64,000 nucleotides of DNA from Candidatus Latescibacterota bacterium. GTDB taxonomy: Bacteria; Latescibacterota; UBA2968. The notes beneath the pieces were generated by a model. It had not been told where the DNA came from. It saw only the letters and a program-made list of their open reading frames with translations, and did no database searches. Location of the stretch: positions 774,881 through 838,880 of the forward strand of contig OZ220741.1 in the NCBI GenBank assembly GCA_965116885.1, read 5' to 3'. Of this stretch, positions 38,077 through 47,910 are shown in pieces (the first letter of the stretch is position 1; each line of letters opens with the position of its first letter). A program made the translations under genes and the position numbers.

Positions 38077-41000
38077 ATGAAACTCATTGAATTTTCGACC
38101 CGGCGACGGGTAACAGTAACTATGTTTGTGGCTGCGGCAGTACTATTCGGCATGGTAGCTTTTCAACGCCTATCGATTAACCTGCTCCCCGACATCACCT
38201 ATCCCACCCTGACGGTACGCACAGAATACGAAGGTACAGCACCCTCAGAGATGGAACGCTTAATCACCGAACCGATTGAAGGGTCTGTGGGTGTGGTAAA
38301 CGGAGTTATCCGGGTAACCTCGGCCTCGCGCCCTGGCATATCGGATGTGGTTGTGGAATTCGCCTGGGGCACGGACATGGATTTTGCTTCACTCGATATT
38401 CGAGAAAAGCTCGATCAAGTGCGCCTGCCACAGGATGTGAGAAAACCCGTACTGCTGAGATTTGACCCTTCGCTCGACCCAATCATGCGTATCGGCCTCT
38501 ACGGCGAAGAAAGTTTGATTTCGCTGCGCCTCCTGGCCGAAGAAGAAATTAAGCCCGAACTGGAAAGCCTTGAAGGCGTCGCATCTGTGCGCGTCAATGG
38601 CGGGCTGGAAGAAGAAATACAAGTTGAAATCGACCAACCCAAACTGGCTGCATTGCGCATTCCACTCGCTCAGGTCGTCAATCGCTTAGCCCAGGAAAAT
38701 GTGAACTTAACGGGCGGAGAACTCAAAGACGGCGAAGCGGAATACCTGGTTCGCACATTCAACGAATTTAAAACAATAGAAGAAATTCAGGATATCGTGG
38801 TAGGCCAGCGGCAGGGCACAGTTATCACATTAGCCGATATAGGACTGGTGACCCGAGGACATCGCGAACGCACGGTAATTACGCGCATTGATCAGCAAGA
38901 AAGTGTCGAACTGGCCATATACAAAGAGGGCGACGCCAACACTGTAACAGTTGCACAAGCCGTTAAAGAAGCCATCGCGCAATTCCGCCGCACATCCGGC
39001 GATTTGCTCGGTAATTCGCGTATGGAGGTCGTCTCCGATCAATCGACATTCATTCGAGACTCAGTATCCGAGGTCCTCAACACCGCTATTTTGGGCGGCT
39101 TTTTGGCCATCATCGTTCTCTACCTATTTTTGCAAAGCCCCAAAAGCACGGGCATCATCAGCGTATCCATTCCCATCTCAGTTGTTGCCACATTTTTCCT
39201 CATGTACGCATCGGATGTGAGTCTCAACATCATGTCGTTGGGTGGACTCGCCCTGGGAATAGGCATGCTGGTTGACAACTCAATTGTCGTACTCGAAAGC
39301 GTACAGCGTTACCAGGAAAGCGGCATGAGTCCGCGTGAAGCGACCAATAAAGGGGGGTCTGAAGTGGGGCAAGCCGTGGTGGCTTCTACAATGACGACAA
39401 TATGCGTCTTTGTCCCCATTGTTTTTGTAGAAGGCATTGCCGGACAGCTCTTCCGAGATCAGGCACTCACCGTGACCTATTCACTTGTCGCTTCCCTTCT
39501 TGTCGCACTCACAGTCATACCCATGCTGGCTTCGTTGGAATTTTCATGGATCGGCGAATTTGCCGCTGTAGAGCAACGGAAAAAGGAAAGTGGACACAAG
39601 GGGGGAGTAGAAGGTCCCGCCCACATAATGGGAATGCTCGGGGCGGTTGCGGGATGGCTCGGACGCGGTATTCTGGCCTGTCTGGCACCCTTATTCTGGC
39701 TTTTCGACAGGGTGATTGGGCGCGCTTATCTCATCTATCCGCACATTATCAGGTGGGCACTCAGGCATCGCCTGTATGTAATTGGGTTGGCAATAGCCCT
39801 CCTGGCCGGCACTGCGACACTTGGCAATAGACTCGGCAGTGAACTGATCCCTGAAATGAGCCAGGGAGAGTTCTCAATTTCAGTTGAAATGCCACTGGGT
39901 ACGCCCCTTGCCGCGACCACGCAATCCATTCAAGCCATTGAGAGAATTGTGCGCAGCCAACCCGAAGTACGTCTGGTGTACAGCATTGTCGGTACGCAAT
40001 CGGCATCTGGAGGAAGCGGCGGAGAAGAAAGGGAAAATGTAGGCGAAGTCAATGTCGTACTCCACGAGGGTATTATTCGAGATCGCGAAATTGCCGTAAT
40101 GGATCGCTTGCGCCAAATGATCCTGGAAATTCCCGCCGTGGATACAAAATTTACTCGTCCATCGCTATTTTCTTCCCGCACGCCCATCGAAGTGGAAGTC
40201 GCCGGTTATAATTTGCAGTCTCTACAGATGATCGCCGGGGAAATGATGGCGCGCATGCAAACCATTCCGGGACTGACAGATGTTAAAACCACGAGCGAGG
40301 GCGGTACACCCGAAGTGCAAATTCGGTTTGACCGCAAGCGTGTGGCTCAAATGGGCACGACGATAAATGCCATTGGCGAGATTATCCGCAATCAGGTTCA
40401 AGGGGAGGTTGCCACACAATTTACCCGAGGAGATCGGCGAGTCGATATTCGCGTCCGAGCCGAGGAGGAACATCGAAGCACAGTAGATGATCTGAGGCGA
40501 TTGATCATCAGCCCCAACAATGCCCCATCGCCAGTTCCTTTGAGTGTGGTCGCCGATTTACAGGTGGAAATGGGACCTGCTGAAATTCGCAGAATTGATC
40601 AGGAGCGCGTGGCATTGATTTCAGCCAACCTGGTGGGGCGAAGTCTGAGTGCTGTCGTCGCAGACCTCGAACGCGAAATCGATCGGATGGAGTTGCCCGC
40701 CGATTTTGCTATTAAAGTGGGTGGACAAAATGAAGAGCAACAGCGGTCGTTTGAAAGTATGCAATTGGCGATTGGACTGGCGATCTTTCTCGTCTATCTG
40801 GTCATGGCATCGCAGTTTGAATCGCTCGTTCACCCCTTCGTGATCATGTTTGCCATCCCTTTTGCGCTGGTAGGTGTTTTTGCCCTGCTCCTCCTGACCG
40901 GACAAACCATCAGTGTGGTCGTGCTCATCGGTTTGATTATGCTCGCTGGCATTGTCGTCAACAATGCCATTGTGCTCATCGATTATATCAACACCCTTCG

Positions 41001-41352
41001 AAGAGATCAAGGCATGCCCAAAATGGAGGCCATAGCAGAAGGGGGCAAAGTGCGCCTGCGTCCCATTTTAATGACCACCTCGACAACCGTGCTCGGTTTG
41101 TTGCCTATGGCGCTGGGCGTTTTCAATTTTCAGCCCCTTGTCAAAAGCATCGAAGGCGCGCTGGATGGCATATTGTCCGGACAGGTATTCGTCGTGGTCA
41201 TGGCTGTAGTGGGTATGATATTCCCCGTGGGACAGGGCGCAGAGATACGCGCGCCTATGGCCATTACTGTTATCGGCGGCCTGGTCGTATCAACACTGGT
41301 AACCCTGGTACTGATCCCAACGCTGTATTCGCTAACCGACCGCAAGGAATAG
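38077..41352 (+). CDS. RND family efflux transporter permease (AcrB/HAE1-like)
   Basis: 1091 aa, 12-TM with two large periplasmic loops; 4-nt spacing from MFP gene. Confidence 0.9.
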   Translation: MKLIEFSTRRRVTVTMFVAAAVLFGMVAFQRLSINLLPDITYPTLTVRTEYEGTAPSEMERLITEPIEGSVGVVNGVIRVTSASRPGISDVVVEFAWGTDMDFASLDIREKLDQVRLPQDVRKPVLLRFDPSLDPIMRIGLYGEESLISLRLLAEEEIKPELESLEGVASVRVNGGLEEEIQVEIDQPKLAALRIPLAQVVNRLAQENVNLTGGELKDGEAEYLVRTFNEFKTIEEIQDIVVGQRQGTVITLADIGLVTRGHRERTVITRIDQQESVELAIYKEGDANTVTVAQAVKEAIAQFRRTSGDLLGNSRMEVVSDQSTFIRDSVSEVLNTAILGGFLAIIVLYLFLQSPKSTGIISVSIPISVVATFFLMYASDVSLNIMSLGGLALGIGMLVDNSIVVLESVQRYQESGMSPREATNKGGSEVGQAVVASTMTTICVFVPIVFVEGIAGQLFRDQALTVTYSLVASLLVALTVIPMLASLEFSWIGEFAAVEQRKKESGHKGGVEGPAHIMGMLGAVAGWLGRGILACLAPLFWLFDRVIGRAYLIYPHIIRWALRHRLYVIGLAIALLAGTATLGNRLGSELIPEMSQGEFSISVEMPLGTPLAATTQSIQAIERIVRSQPEVRLVYSIVGTQSASGGSGGEERENVGEVNVVLHEGIIRDREIAVMDRLRQMILEIPAVDTKFTRPSLFSSRTPIEVEVAGYNLQSLQMIAGEMMARMQTIPGLTDVKTTSEGGTPEVQIRFDRKRVAQMGTTINAIGEIIRNQVQGEVATQFTRGDRRVDIRVRAEEEHRSTVDDLRRLIISPNNAPSPVPLSVVADLQVEMGPAEIRRIDQERVALISANLVGRSLSAVVADLEREIDRMELPADFAIKVGGQNEEQQRSFESMQLAIGLAIFLVYLVMASQFESLVHPFVIMFAIPFALVGVFALLLLTGQTISVVVLIGLIMLAGIVVNNAIVLIDYINTLRRDQGMPKMEAIAEGGKVRLRPILMTTSTTVLGLLPMALGVFNFQPLVKSIEGALDGILSGQVFVVVMAVVGMIFPVGQGAEIRAPMAITVIGGLVVSTLVTLVLIPTLYSLTDRKE

Positions 41353-41353
41353 C

Positions 41354-42175
41354 ATGGAGCAGAGCCGAAATGAAGCGTTTGTCGAATCGCTTCAGAACTA
41401 TTCGCTTTCAGAACTCGAAGATATTTATGCACATCTGGACCGAGACCTGTTTCCAGAGCGATTCGATCAAGTCAGGGACGAAATTGAAGCGCGCTTAAAG
41501 GACTTTGATTCAAAAGCTACAGGCATAAGTACACTAACTGGATCACCCGGATTTTTGAGACGCATCGCATCGAGCGCGATTGATTTCTCCATGCAAGTGC
41601 TCGTTCCCTTTTTGATTTTTTTTCTTCTCAAAAGCGTTCTTTTTCCAAGTGCCCCAACCGCAAGTGGCGGGGGTGGACGCGGCGGACGAGGTGGCGGGGG
41701 ACGCGGCGGACGAGGTGGGGGCGGTGGCGGCAATCAATCCGATGACCTCTGGTCAGACATCACGGGTTTTGTGGGCAGTGCAAAGGACATCGCTGTTGGA
41801 TTGGTCGAAGGGGATCCCGCAGCACAGAGCAGGGCGATGCTTATCTGGAACGATTTTGGTATCATCCTGGTCATTCTACTCGTTTTCCGGGTCTTCATGA
41901 CCTTATCGGGGTGGGCGCGTTCTGGATTTACCCCTGGAATGCGCGAATTGGGCATTCGGGTCGAGCGCGTTGGAGGCGGTGTTCCAACCTGGTCACAAGC
42001 GGTGGGCAGATTTGTTCTACAGCCTCTAATTTTTATCGCGACACTGGGGCTCAGTGGTCTGTGGATGCTATGGGATCGCGACAGTCGGGCACTTCACGAT
42101 AAAATTCTCGGCACAAGGCTCGTTCGCGTGGTGCGCACCTGGGAAAAAACTGGATCCGAGAGAAGATTTGAATAG
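41354..42175 (+). CDS. RDD family membrane protein with internal GGGRGGRGGGGRGGRGGGGGG tract
   Basis: C-term LWDRDSRALHDKILGTRLVR (R..D..D); start 2 nt after RND stop. Confidence 0.6.
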   Translation: MEQSRNEAFVESLQNYSLSELEDIYAHLDRDLFPERFDQVRDEIEARLKDFDSKATGISTLTGSPGFLRRIASSAIDFSMQVLVPFLIFFLLKSVLFPSAPTASGGGGRGGRGGGGRGGRGGGGGGNQSDDLWSDITGFVGSAKDIAVGLVEGDPAAQSRAMLIWNDFGIILVILLVFRVFMTLSGWARSGFTPGMRELGIRVERVGGGVPTWSQAVGRFVLQPLIFIATLGLSGLWMLWDRDSRALHDKILGTRLVRVVRTWEKTGSERRFE

Positions 42176-42255
42176 AATATGTCAGTTATCCGAAACTTTT
42201 AATCATGTGATTTCGTCTAAACCCTCGAAATATTTTAAGAGGAGGAGTAAGTATT

Positions 42256-42693
42256 ATGTATAGACGGATGTATAAAGTGTGTTGTGTCGTGCTGGCAACC
42301 GCATTTTTTTGGGGGTGTTTGGCCCCTGTTGCCGAAGCGCAGTCCCTTTTTACTGCACGGCGCACATTTGGTATCTTATTTCTCGGAGGTAGTGCGTTTA
42401 TGGCCAAGCGCGCCATTGATTATAAGCGCGATGCAAACGACATCTATGAAGCCTACAAGGCGGCGACAGATGCACGGGAAGCCGAGCGGCTTTTTAACCG
42501 CACAAGTGATCGAGATACCAAGAGCCAGATGAGTATTGGATTTTCCGCAATTTTGTTGATCAGTGGTTTGCGTTTGCTCATGCACAGCGGCGTGGATGAT
42601 AAAATGCCCAAAATTGATCGACGAATCAAAATTGATCTCAACAGTGATATTCGCAAAAAGTCTGTTGGGATTGTGTTAAAGAAAAAATTTTAA
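42256..42693 (+). CDS. Small hypothetical lipoprotein/secreted protein
   Basis: Strong RBS AGGAGGAG; signal VLATAFFWGCLAPVAEAQS. Confidence 0.55.
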   Translation: MYRRMYKVCCVVLATAFFWGCLAPVAEAQSLFTARRTFGILFLGGSAFMAKRAIDYKRDANDIYEAYKAATDAREAERLFNRTSDRDTKSQMSIGFSAILLISGLRLLMHSGVDDKMPKIDRRIKIDLNSDIRKKSVGIVLKKKF

Positions 42694-42702
42694 TCATCAA
42701 TA

Positions 42703-45700
42703 ATGGGCCATGAGGAGATTATTATGAATCACTGGTGGACGCGCCGACTACAAGTCGGCCTTTTGGGGATTGCGATAATTTTAATTGCTATGTGGGGATG
42801 CGGACGCGAGCGCGTAAATCCAATTGACGCACAATATGAGGGTGAGGGAAGCGTAACTCTGAATGCGCCGGGCAATATTCGCGCCCAGGGCGGTATTGGA
42901 CGGATCACTTTGAACTGGAATCCGGTAAACAGCACCAGCCTTGCGGGATACGGCATATCGCGGTCAACATCGGCTACGGGAGACTACGTGCTGTTACGCG
43001 GCGAATCATCTGTCCCCGGCGCGACGACAGCACGGACGACATTTGTGGATTCAACAATAGATGTTAGTGTATCGAAAATATACTTTTACAAACTCAGCAG
43101 CGTAGATGTAGATGGACAAGCGAGCGAGTTGTCTGCATTTGTAAGCGCAGAAGTCCTCGATGATACGCGCGCACCAGCTATGCCGACAAATCTCGTCGCT
43201 ATCACCGATGCCGATGGCAAACAGGTGACACTGGGCTGGTCAGCACCAGAAACGGATGAGGGCAATCAGGAATTGACCGGCTTGTCCGGGTACAGAATTT
43301 TCAGGATCAAAGATTCGCAGGGCAAACTCCAGATACAGGGATCACAAACAGCTCTGGTTCAACTCGCAACAGAACTGGGCATTGACCTCGATAATCTGGG
43401 AGCAATATCCGACGACTTGAAGGATATTTTCGTCGAACTTGGGACAGTGCCAGCCGGCCAGACTTATTTCCTCGATACCGATGGACTCGAAGCTGGTGTG
43501 CTTCACGTTTATGTGGTCATCGCTGTTGATCCAGATGGCAACACCGGGCCTCCAGCACTTGCTTTAGTGACCATAAGCGCACCGGGCGCGAACGTACCAG
43601 TGCCTGCTGGCTTGCGCGCGACGAAAAATGAACAGGCGCGCATTGTCATCTCCTGGAATCCCGTGAACGATCCCAATTTGCTGGGCTATCTGGTCTTGCG
43701 GTCACAATCGACACAAGGTCCCTTCACATCCGTAACAAGTGATACGCTCTTTACCACGGGACAGACGACCTATGTCGATTCGCTCGTCACCACCGATCAA
43801 GTGTACTACTACAAAGTTCAAACCGTTGTGCAAGATCCTCAGCTTGGGCTATTGCGCAGTGATACTTCCACTTTCATTGACGGACAGGCACTTGCCGACC
43901 AGAGTGCTCCTGGCGCGCCCTCAGATCTCATCGTCAGCCTGGACGATGAGAATTTCCAGCGGGTGATGCTGAACTGGACTGCACCTGTAACAGACAGAAA
44001 TGGCAATGAACTGACCGGACTGGCCTCTTTTGAAATCTACCGGTCGCGCGAGAACAATACATCCTTTGCACTGATCGCCACAGTATCGAGCGATCAGGTG
44101 AGTTTTGTGGATACTTCTGTCGAATTGCTCACCACGTATTTCTATGCAATCAGAGCATTGGATCAAGCCGGCAATGCCGGACCCCGGTCTCAGCCGATAT
44201 CTGTGACCACCAGGGGATTTGCCATCCCGCGCAACGTGCGGGCAACTTCTGGTGTGCAGAAAATCACCTTGACCTGGACGGCAAACACCGAGCCTGAATT
44301 AACGGGATATGAAATCTTGCGCTTTACAGATCCCACGCACGAAACCCCCGACAAAACCTTCTCTTCTGTACTGACGACGTATGTGGATACCCCTGTCACA
44401 GCAGATCAACCCTTTGTCTATCGGGTGCGGGCGGTTGGCACCGCCAATGTAAAGAGCGAATTGTCACCCCCCGTCTCTGCACAGGCCACGGAAGCTGCTC
44501 CGGTTCTGGCAGCACCGCGCAATGTGCAGGCAAGGGGTGGGATTGGTCACATTACCATCACCTGGGCGGCAAACACAGAAGCAGAACTGATCGGATATCG
44601 CGTGATGCGCTATACAGACCCGGCACAAACCGAGGCTGAAGCGACCTTTATGACCGTGCAAACGACTTATGTCGATTCACCACTGGTATCGGAACAGACC
44701 TATGTGTATCGCGTACAGGCGCTTGGTACCAACAACGAAGAAAGCGAACGGTCACTATATGCCTCTGCAACGGTCTCAGCCGATCAGAGTCCTCCTGGCG
44801 CGCCTTCGGATCTCATCGTCAGTCTGGACGAGGCGAATTTCCAGCGCGTGACGCTCAGCTGGACGGCTCCCACGAGAGACAGCAATGGCAATGAATTGAC
44901 CGGATTGACCTCCTTTGAAATCTACCGGTCACGCGACAATAATACATCCTTTGCGCTAATCGCCACAGTATCGAGCGATCAGGTGAGTTATGAAGACACA
45001 TCTGTCGAGTTGTTGACGCGATACTTTTATGCGGTCAGAGCATTGGATCAGGCCGACAATGCCGGACCCCGGTCTCAGTCGGTATCTGTGACGACCAAAG
45101 GATTTGCTGCACCGCGCAACTTGCAGGCGACTGCTGGTGTGCAGCAAATCACCTTGACCTGGGCGGCAAATACCGAGCCGGAATTGACGGGATATGAAAT
45201 CTTGCGCTTTACAGATCCCACACAAGCAACACCTGAGCGAATCTTCTCTTCTGTGTTGACGACGTATGTGGACACCCCTGTCACAGCAGATCACCCCTAT
45301 GTGTATCGCGTGCGTGCGATTGGTCCTTCCAATGTGAAGAGCGAACTATCGGCTCCCGTTTTTGCACAGGCCACTGCGCCAGTTTTGGCAGCCCCGCGCA
45401 ATGTGCGCGCGACTGCTGGAATTGAGTACATTACCATCACCTGGTCTGCCAATACAGAAGCAGAACTGACCGGGTATCGCGTGATGCGCTATACAGACCC
45501 GGCACAAACCGAAGCCGAAGCGACCTTCACAATCGTGCATACGACTTATGTCGATTCGCCGCTGGTAGCAGGACAGACCTATGTCTATCGCGTACAGGCG
45601 GTAGGTGTAAACAATACAGAAAGCGAACTCTCGCTATTTGCCTCTGCAACGGTACTGATCGATGATAGCCCACCTGCTACTCCTGGCAATTTTGCCGCCG

Positions 45701-46281
45701 TTTTGGCGAGTACCGGCACAGCGGTAGAGTTGAGTTGGGATGCCTCCATAAGAGATGCAAATGGCGGTGCTCTGACCGGACTTGTCCGCTATGTGATTTA
45801 TCGAGACACATCGAATACTGTGCCGATTGAGCTAACGACCGTAGATGCGGCGCATCAAATGTATATAGATACCGGCCTGGTAAACCGCACGACTTACAGG
45901 TATCAGATCTCTGCCATTGACCATCGTGGTAATGAGAGTGCGCGATCACCCATCAGGACAGTGACCACATCTGAAACAGATGTCGTGGCACCATCGAACC
46001 TGCAGGTTTCTTATAATGGCGACGTCCCCGAGGTCACTTTGAACTGGAGTTCCCCCGCTGAGTTTGACAGTTTTGTGATTCAACGGGCAGTACTCGCTCC
46101 AGGTGCTTCACTTCAAGATTTAACAGATGCAAATTACACGAATTTGGACATCTCACAACAGACCACTTCTTATAGCGATACAACTATACAAAGTGGTGTC
46201 ACCTATGTTTACCGGGTCCGCACAAATCTTGCCGGACGGATCAGCAGTCCTTCCAATATTGTGATTATTGTGGTCCCATAG
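42703..46281 (+). CDS. Large cell-surface lipoprotein with multiple fibronectin type III-like domains; contains 885-bp tandem duplication
   Basis: 1192 aa; lipobox IAMWGC; repeated xPxNVxAxxGxxxITLxWxANTExELTGYxIxR FN3-like units. Confidence 0.8.
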   Translation: MGHEEIIMNHWWTRRLQVGLLGIAIILIAMWGCGRERVNPIDAQYEGEGSVTLNAPGNIRAQGGIGRITLNWNPVNSTSLAGYGISRSTSATGDYVLLRGESSVPGATTARTTFVDSTIDVSVSKIYFYKLSSVDVDGQASELSAFVSAEVLDDTRAPAMPTNLVAITDADGKQVTLGWSAPETDEGNQELTGLSGYRIFRIKDSQGKLQIQGSQTALVQLATELGIDLDNLGAISDDLKDIFVELGTVPAGQTYFLDTDGLEAGVLHVYVVIAVDPDGNTGPPALALVTISAPGANVPVPAGLRATKNEQARIVISWNPVNDPNLLGYLVLRSQSTQGPFTSVTSDTLFTTGQTTYVDSLVTTDQVYYYKVQTVVQDPQLGLLRSDTSTFIDGQALADQSAPGAPSDLIVSLDDENFQRVMLNWTAPVTDRNGNELTGLASFEIYRSRENNTSFALIATVSSDQVSFVDTSVELLTTYFYAIRALDQAGNAGPRSQPISVTTRGFAIPRNVRATSGVQKITLTWTANTEPELTGYEILRFTDPTHETPDKTFSSVLTTYVDTPVTADQPFVYRVRAVGTANVKSELSPPVSAQATEAAPVLAAPRNVQARGGIGHITITWAANTEAELIGYRVMRYTDPAQTEAEATFMTVQTTYVDSPLVSEQTYVYRVQALGTNNEESERSLYASATVSADQSPPGAPSDLIVSLDEANFQRVTLSWTAPTRDSNGNELTGLTSFEIYRSRDNNTSFALIATVSSDQVSYEDTSVELLTRYFYAVRALDQADNAGPRSQSVSVTTKGFAAPRNLQATAGVQQITLTWAANTEPELTGYEILRFTDPTQATPERIFSSVLTTYVDTPVTADHPYVYRVRAIGPSNVKSELSAPVFAQATAPVLAAPRNVRATAGIEYITITWSANTEAELTGYRVMRYTDPAQTEAEATFTIVHTTYVDSPLVAGQTYVYRVQAVGVNNTESELSLFASATVLIDDSPPATPGNFAAVLASTGTAVELSWDASIRDANGGALTGLVRYVIYRDTSNTVPIELTTVDAAHQMYIDTGLVNRTTYRYQISAIDHRGNESARSPIRTVTTSETDVVAPSNLQVSYNGDVPEVTLNWSSPAEFDSFVIQRAVLAPGASLQDLTDANYTNLDISQQTTSYSDTTIQSGVTYVYRVRTNLAGRISSPSNIVIIVVP
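43901..45670. repeat. Two tandem 885-bp (295-codon) near-identical units inside FN3 gene
   Basis: Unit A 43901-44785, unit B 44786-45670; both start APGAPSDLIVSLD(D/E)(E/A)NFQRV. Confidence 0.85.
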
Positions 46282-46302
46282 AAACCCGCGAGAAAGGAAA
46301 AA

Positions 46303-46340
46303 AATGGCGTTCTTCTTTTGAAGGACGCCATTTTCTTTAT
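46303..46340 (+). terminator. Rho-independent terminator after FN3 gene (AATGGCGTTCT / AGGACGCCATT stem, then TTCTTTAT)
   Basis: 11-bp stem with 1 mismatch, 8-nt loop, T-rich tail. Confidence 0.6.
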
Positions 46341-46446
46341 AAATAGGCGTCAACTGTCGCCTTTTATGCGTCAGATATCAAAGTTAAGAATTTTCATAAT
46401 CTCTTTAACCAATTTATTATCAACATGTTATAAATCTCATCACCTC

Positions 46447-46462
46447 TGGCACAGATTGTGCA
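46447..46462 (+). promoter_or_regulatory. Candidate sigma-54 (-24/-12) promoter TGGCACAGATTGTGCA about 42 nt upstream of the sigma-54 activator gene
   Basis: GG and GC elements with correct spacing (consensus TGGCACG-N4-TTGCW, one mismatch in -12 box). Confidence 0.35.
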
Positions 46463-46504
46463 TGATGTCTCTTGTAAAACAACTCACTACATATTGGAGG
46501 TTTT

Positions 46505-47854
46505 ATGGGAGACATACTGATTGTTGATGGAAACCCGCAACGCGCAATGCAATTGGCGCAACTGGCAGAAGAACTCGGCGCAAACGCGCGCACAGCGAGT
46601 TCCTTTTTTCACTGCTTGAAACGCATTGAAGAAAAAATTCCCGATCTCGCCCTTGTCGCTGAAACCCTCCCCGATGGACGGGGATTAAAGCTACTTCCCG
46701 TATTTGATGGCCTGTGTCCCGTCGTAATTATCGGTGAATATATGGCATCTGATAGAATACTCGAGGCTCTGTCGTCGGGAGCGCGCGATTTTCTCGTACA
46801 CCCCATTGACCGTCAGACGCTGGATATTCTGATCTCTCAATTGCAGGGTGAGGGCAAAATCGCACTGCACTATCTGTCTCAGAATCCCGGGGGTGAGTCG
46901 CCGACGGGAATGGTAATTGGATCGTGTCCAGACATGTTATTTGCACTCAAGCGCGCGGGCCTGGCAGCGCGAACATCAGCAACGGTCCTGATCTATGGTG
47001 AAAGTGGAACTGGAAAAGAGTTAATGGCGCGAGAAATCCATCGGGCATCGGGACGGGTGGGTGCATTTGTAGCACTCAATTGTGCTGCAATAGCAGAAAA
47101 TATTGCCGAAAGTGAACTCTTTGGGCATGAGCGAGGTGCTTTTACCGGTGCCATAACCCGTCGGGCAGGGTGTTTTGAACAAGCCGATGGTGGCACGCTT
47201 TTTCTCGACGAAATTGGCGAGGCTTCGCCTGCATTTCAAGCCAAGCTATTGCGGGTATTAGACCGCGGTGAATTTGTCAGAGTTGGCGGGCAATCCCCCA
47301 TACAAACGCAGGTTCGGATCATTGCTGCCACCAACCGCGACCTCGATTCCATGATCGAGCAAGACAAATTTCGCCTGGATTTGTTTTACAGGCTCAGCGC
47401 CGTGACCATAGCCCTCCCCCCACTGCGAGAGCGCAGCGAAGATATTCCACACATTGTTCAAGCAATGCTAACGCGATTGAAAACCGATACCGGCGTGGAG
47501 GTCCGGGGGGTATCTGAAGCGGCAGTTGCATATCTGGCGGGATGTGAATGGCCGGGCAATTTAAGGGAATTGCAACACGCCATTTACCGCGCAGCCCTGG
47601 CCTGTCAAAAAGGGGTAATTCGACCTGAACATCTCGATGTACTCAAATCTACACAGTCCAGCGCACAGGACAAAGTTGAAACCCTGGATGAAATCGAGCA
47701 GGCGCATATTGAACGGGTACTACTCACTACCGGTGGCAATCAGGGACGAGCCTGTGAGTTGCTCGGAATATCCAGACCGACGTTGAGACGAAAAATACGC
47801 CGATACGCGCTTGAAAGAGTGAAAAACGGACAGGTGAGTTCAACCTTGACTTGA
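46505..47854 (+). CDS. Sigma-54-dependent transcriptional activator (NtrC-family response regulator: receiver, AAA+ sigma-54 interaction and HTH_8 domains)
   Basis: GESGTGKELMAREIH Walker A; ESELFGHERGAFTGA (GAFTGA); C-term ...GNQGRACELLGISRPTLRRKIRRY. Confidence 0.9.
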   Translation: MGDILIVDGNPQRAMQLAQLAEELGANARTASSFFHCLKRIEEKIPDLALVAETLPDGRGLKLLPVFDGLCPVVIIGEYMASDRILEALSSGARDFLVHPIDRQTLDILISQLQGEGKIALHYLSQNPGGESPTGMVIGSCPDMLFALKRAGLAARTSATVLIYGESGTGKELMAREIHRASGRVGAFVALNCAAIAENIAESELFGHERGAFTGAITRRAGCFEQADGGTLFLDEIGEASPAFQAKLLRVLDRGEFVRVGGQSPIQTQVRIIAATNRDLDSMIEQDKFRLDLFYRLSAVTIALPPLRERSEDIPHIVQAMLTRLKTDTGVEVRGVSEAAVAYLAGCEWPGNLRELQHAIYRAALACQKGVIRPEHLDVLKSTQSSAQDKVETLDEIEQAHIERVLLTTGGNQGRACELLGISRPTLRRKIRRYALERVKNGQVSSTLT

Positions 47855-47910
47855 GAAAAGGTACAACCCATACTATGACGAGTTTTTAATTTTTTTATAG
47901 AGAGGTATTT

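Noticed and set aside
43901-45670. Considered whether the large direct repeats here, or the 8-nt array at 53541-53620, could be a CRISPR array
   Set aside because: The 885-bp units are coding FN3 modules, and the octamer period is far too short for CRISPR. No repeat-spacer architecture with 25-40 nt repeats and unique spacers was seen anywhere in the window, and no cas genes.
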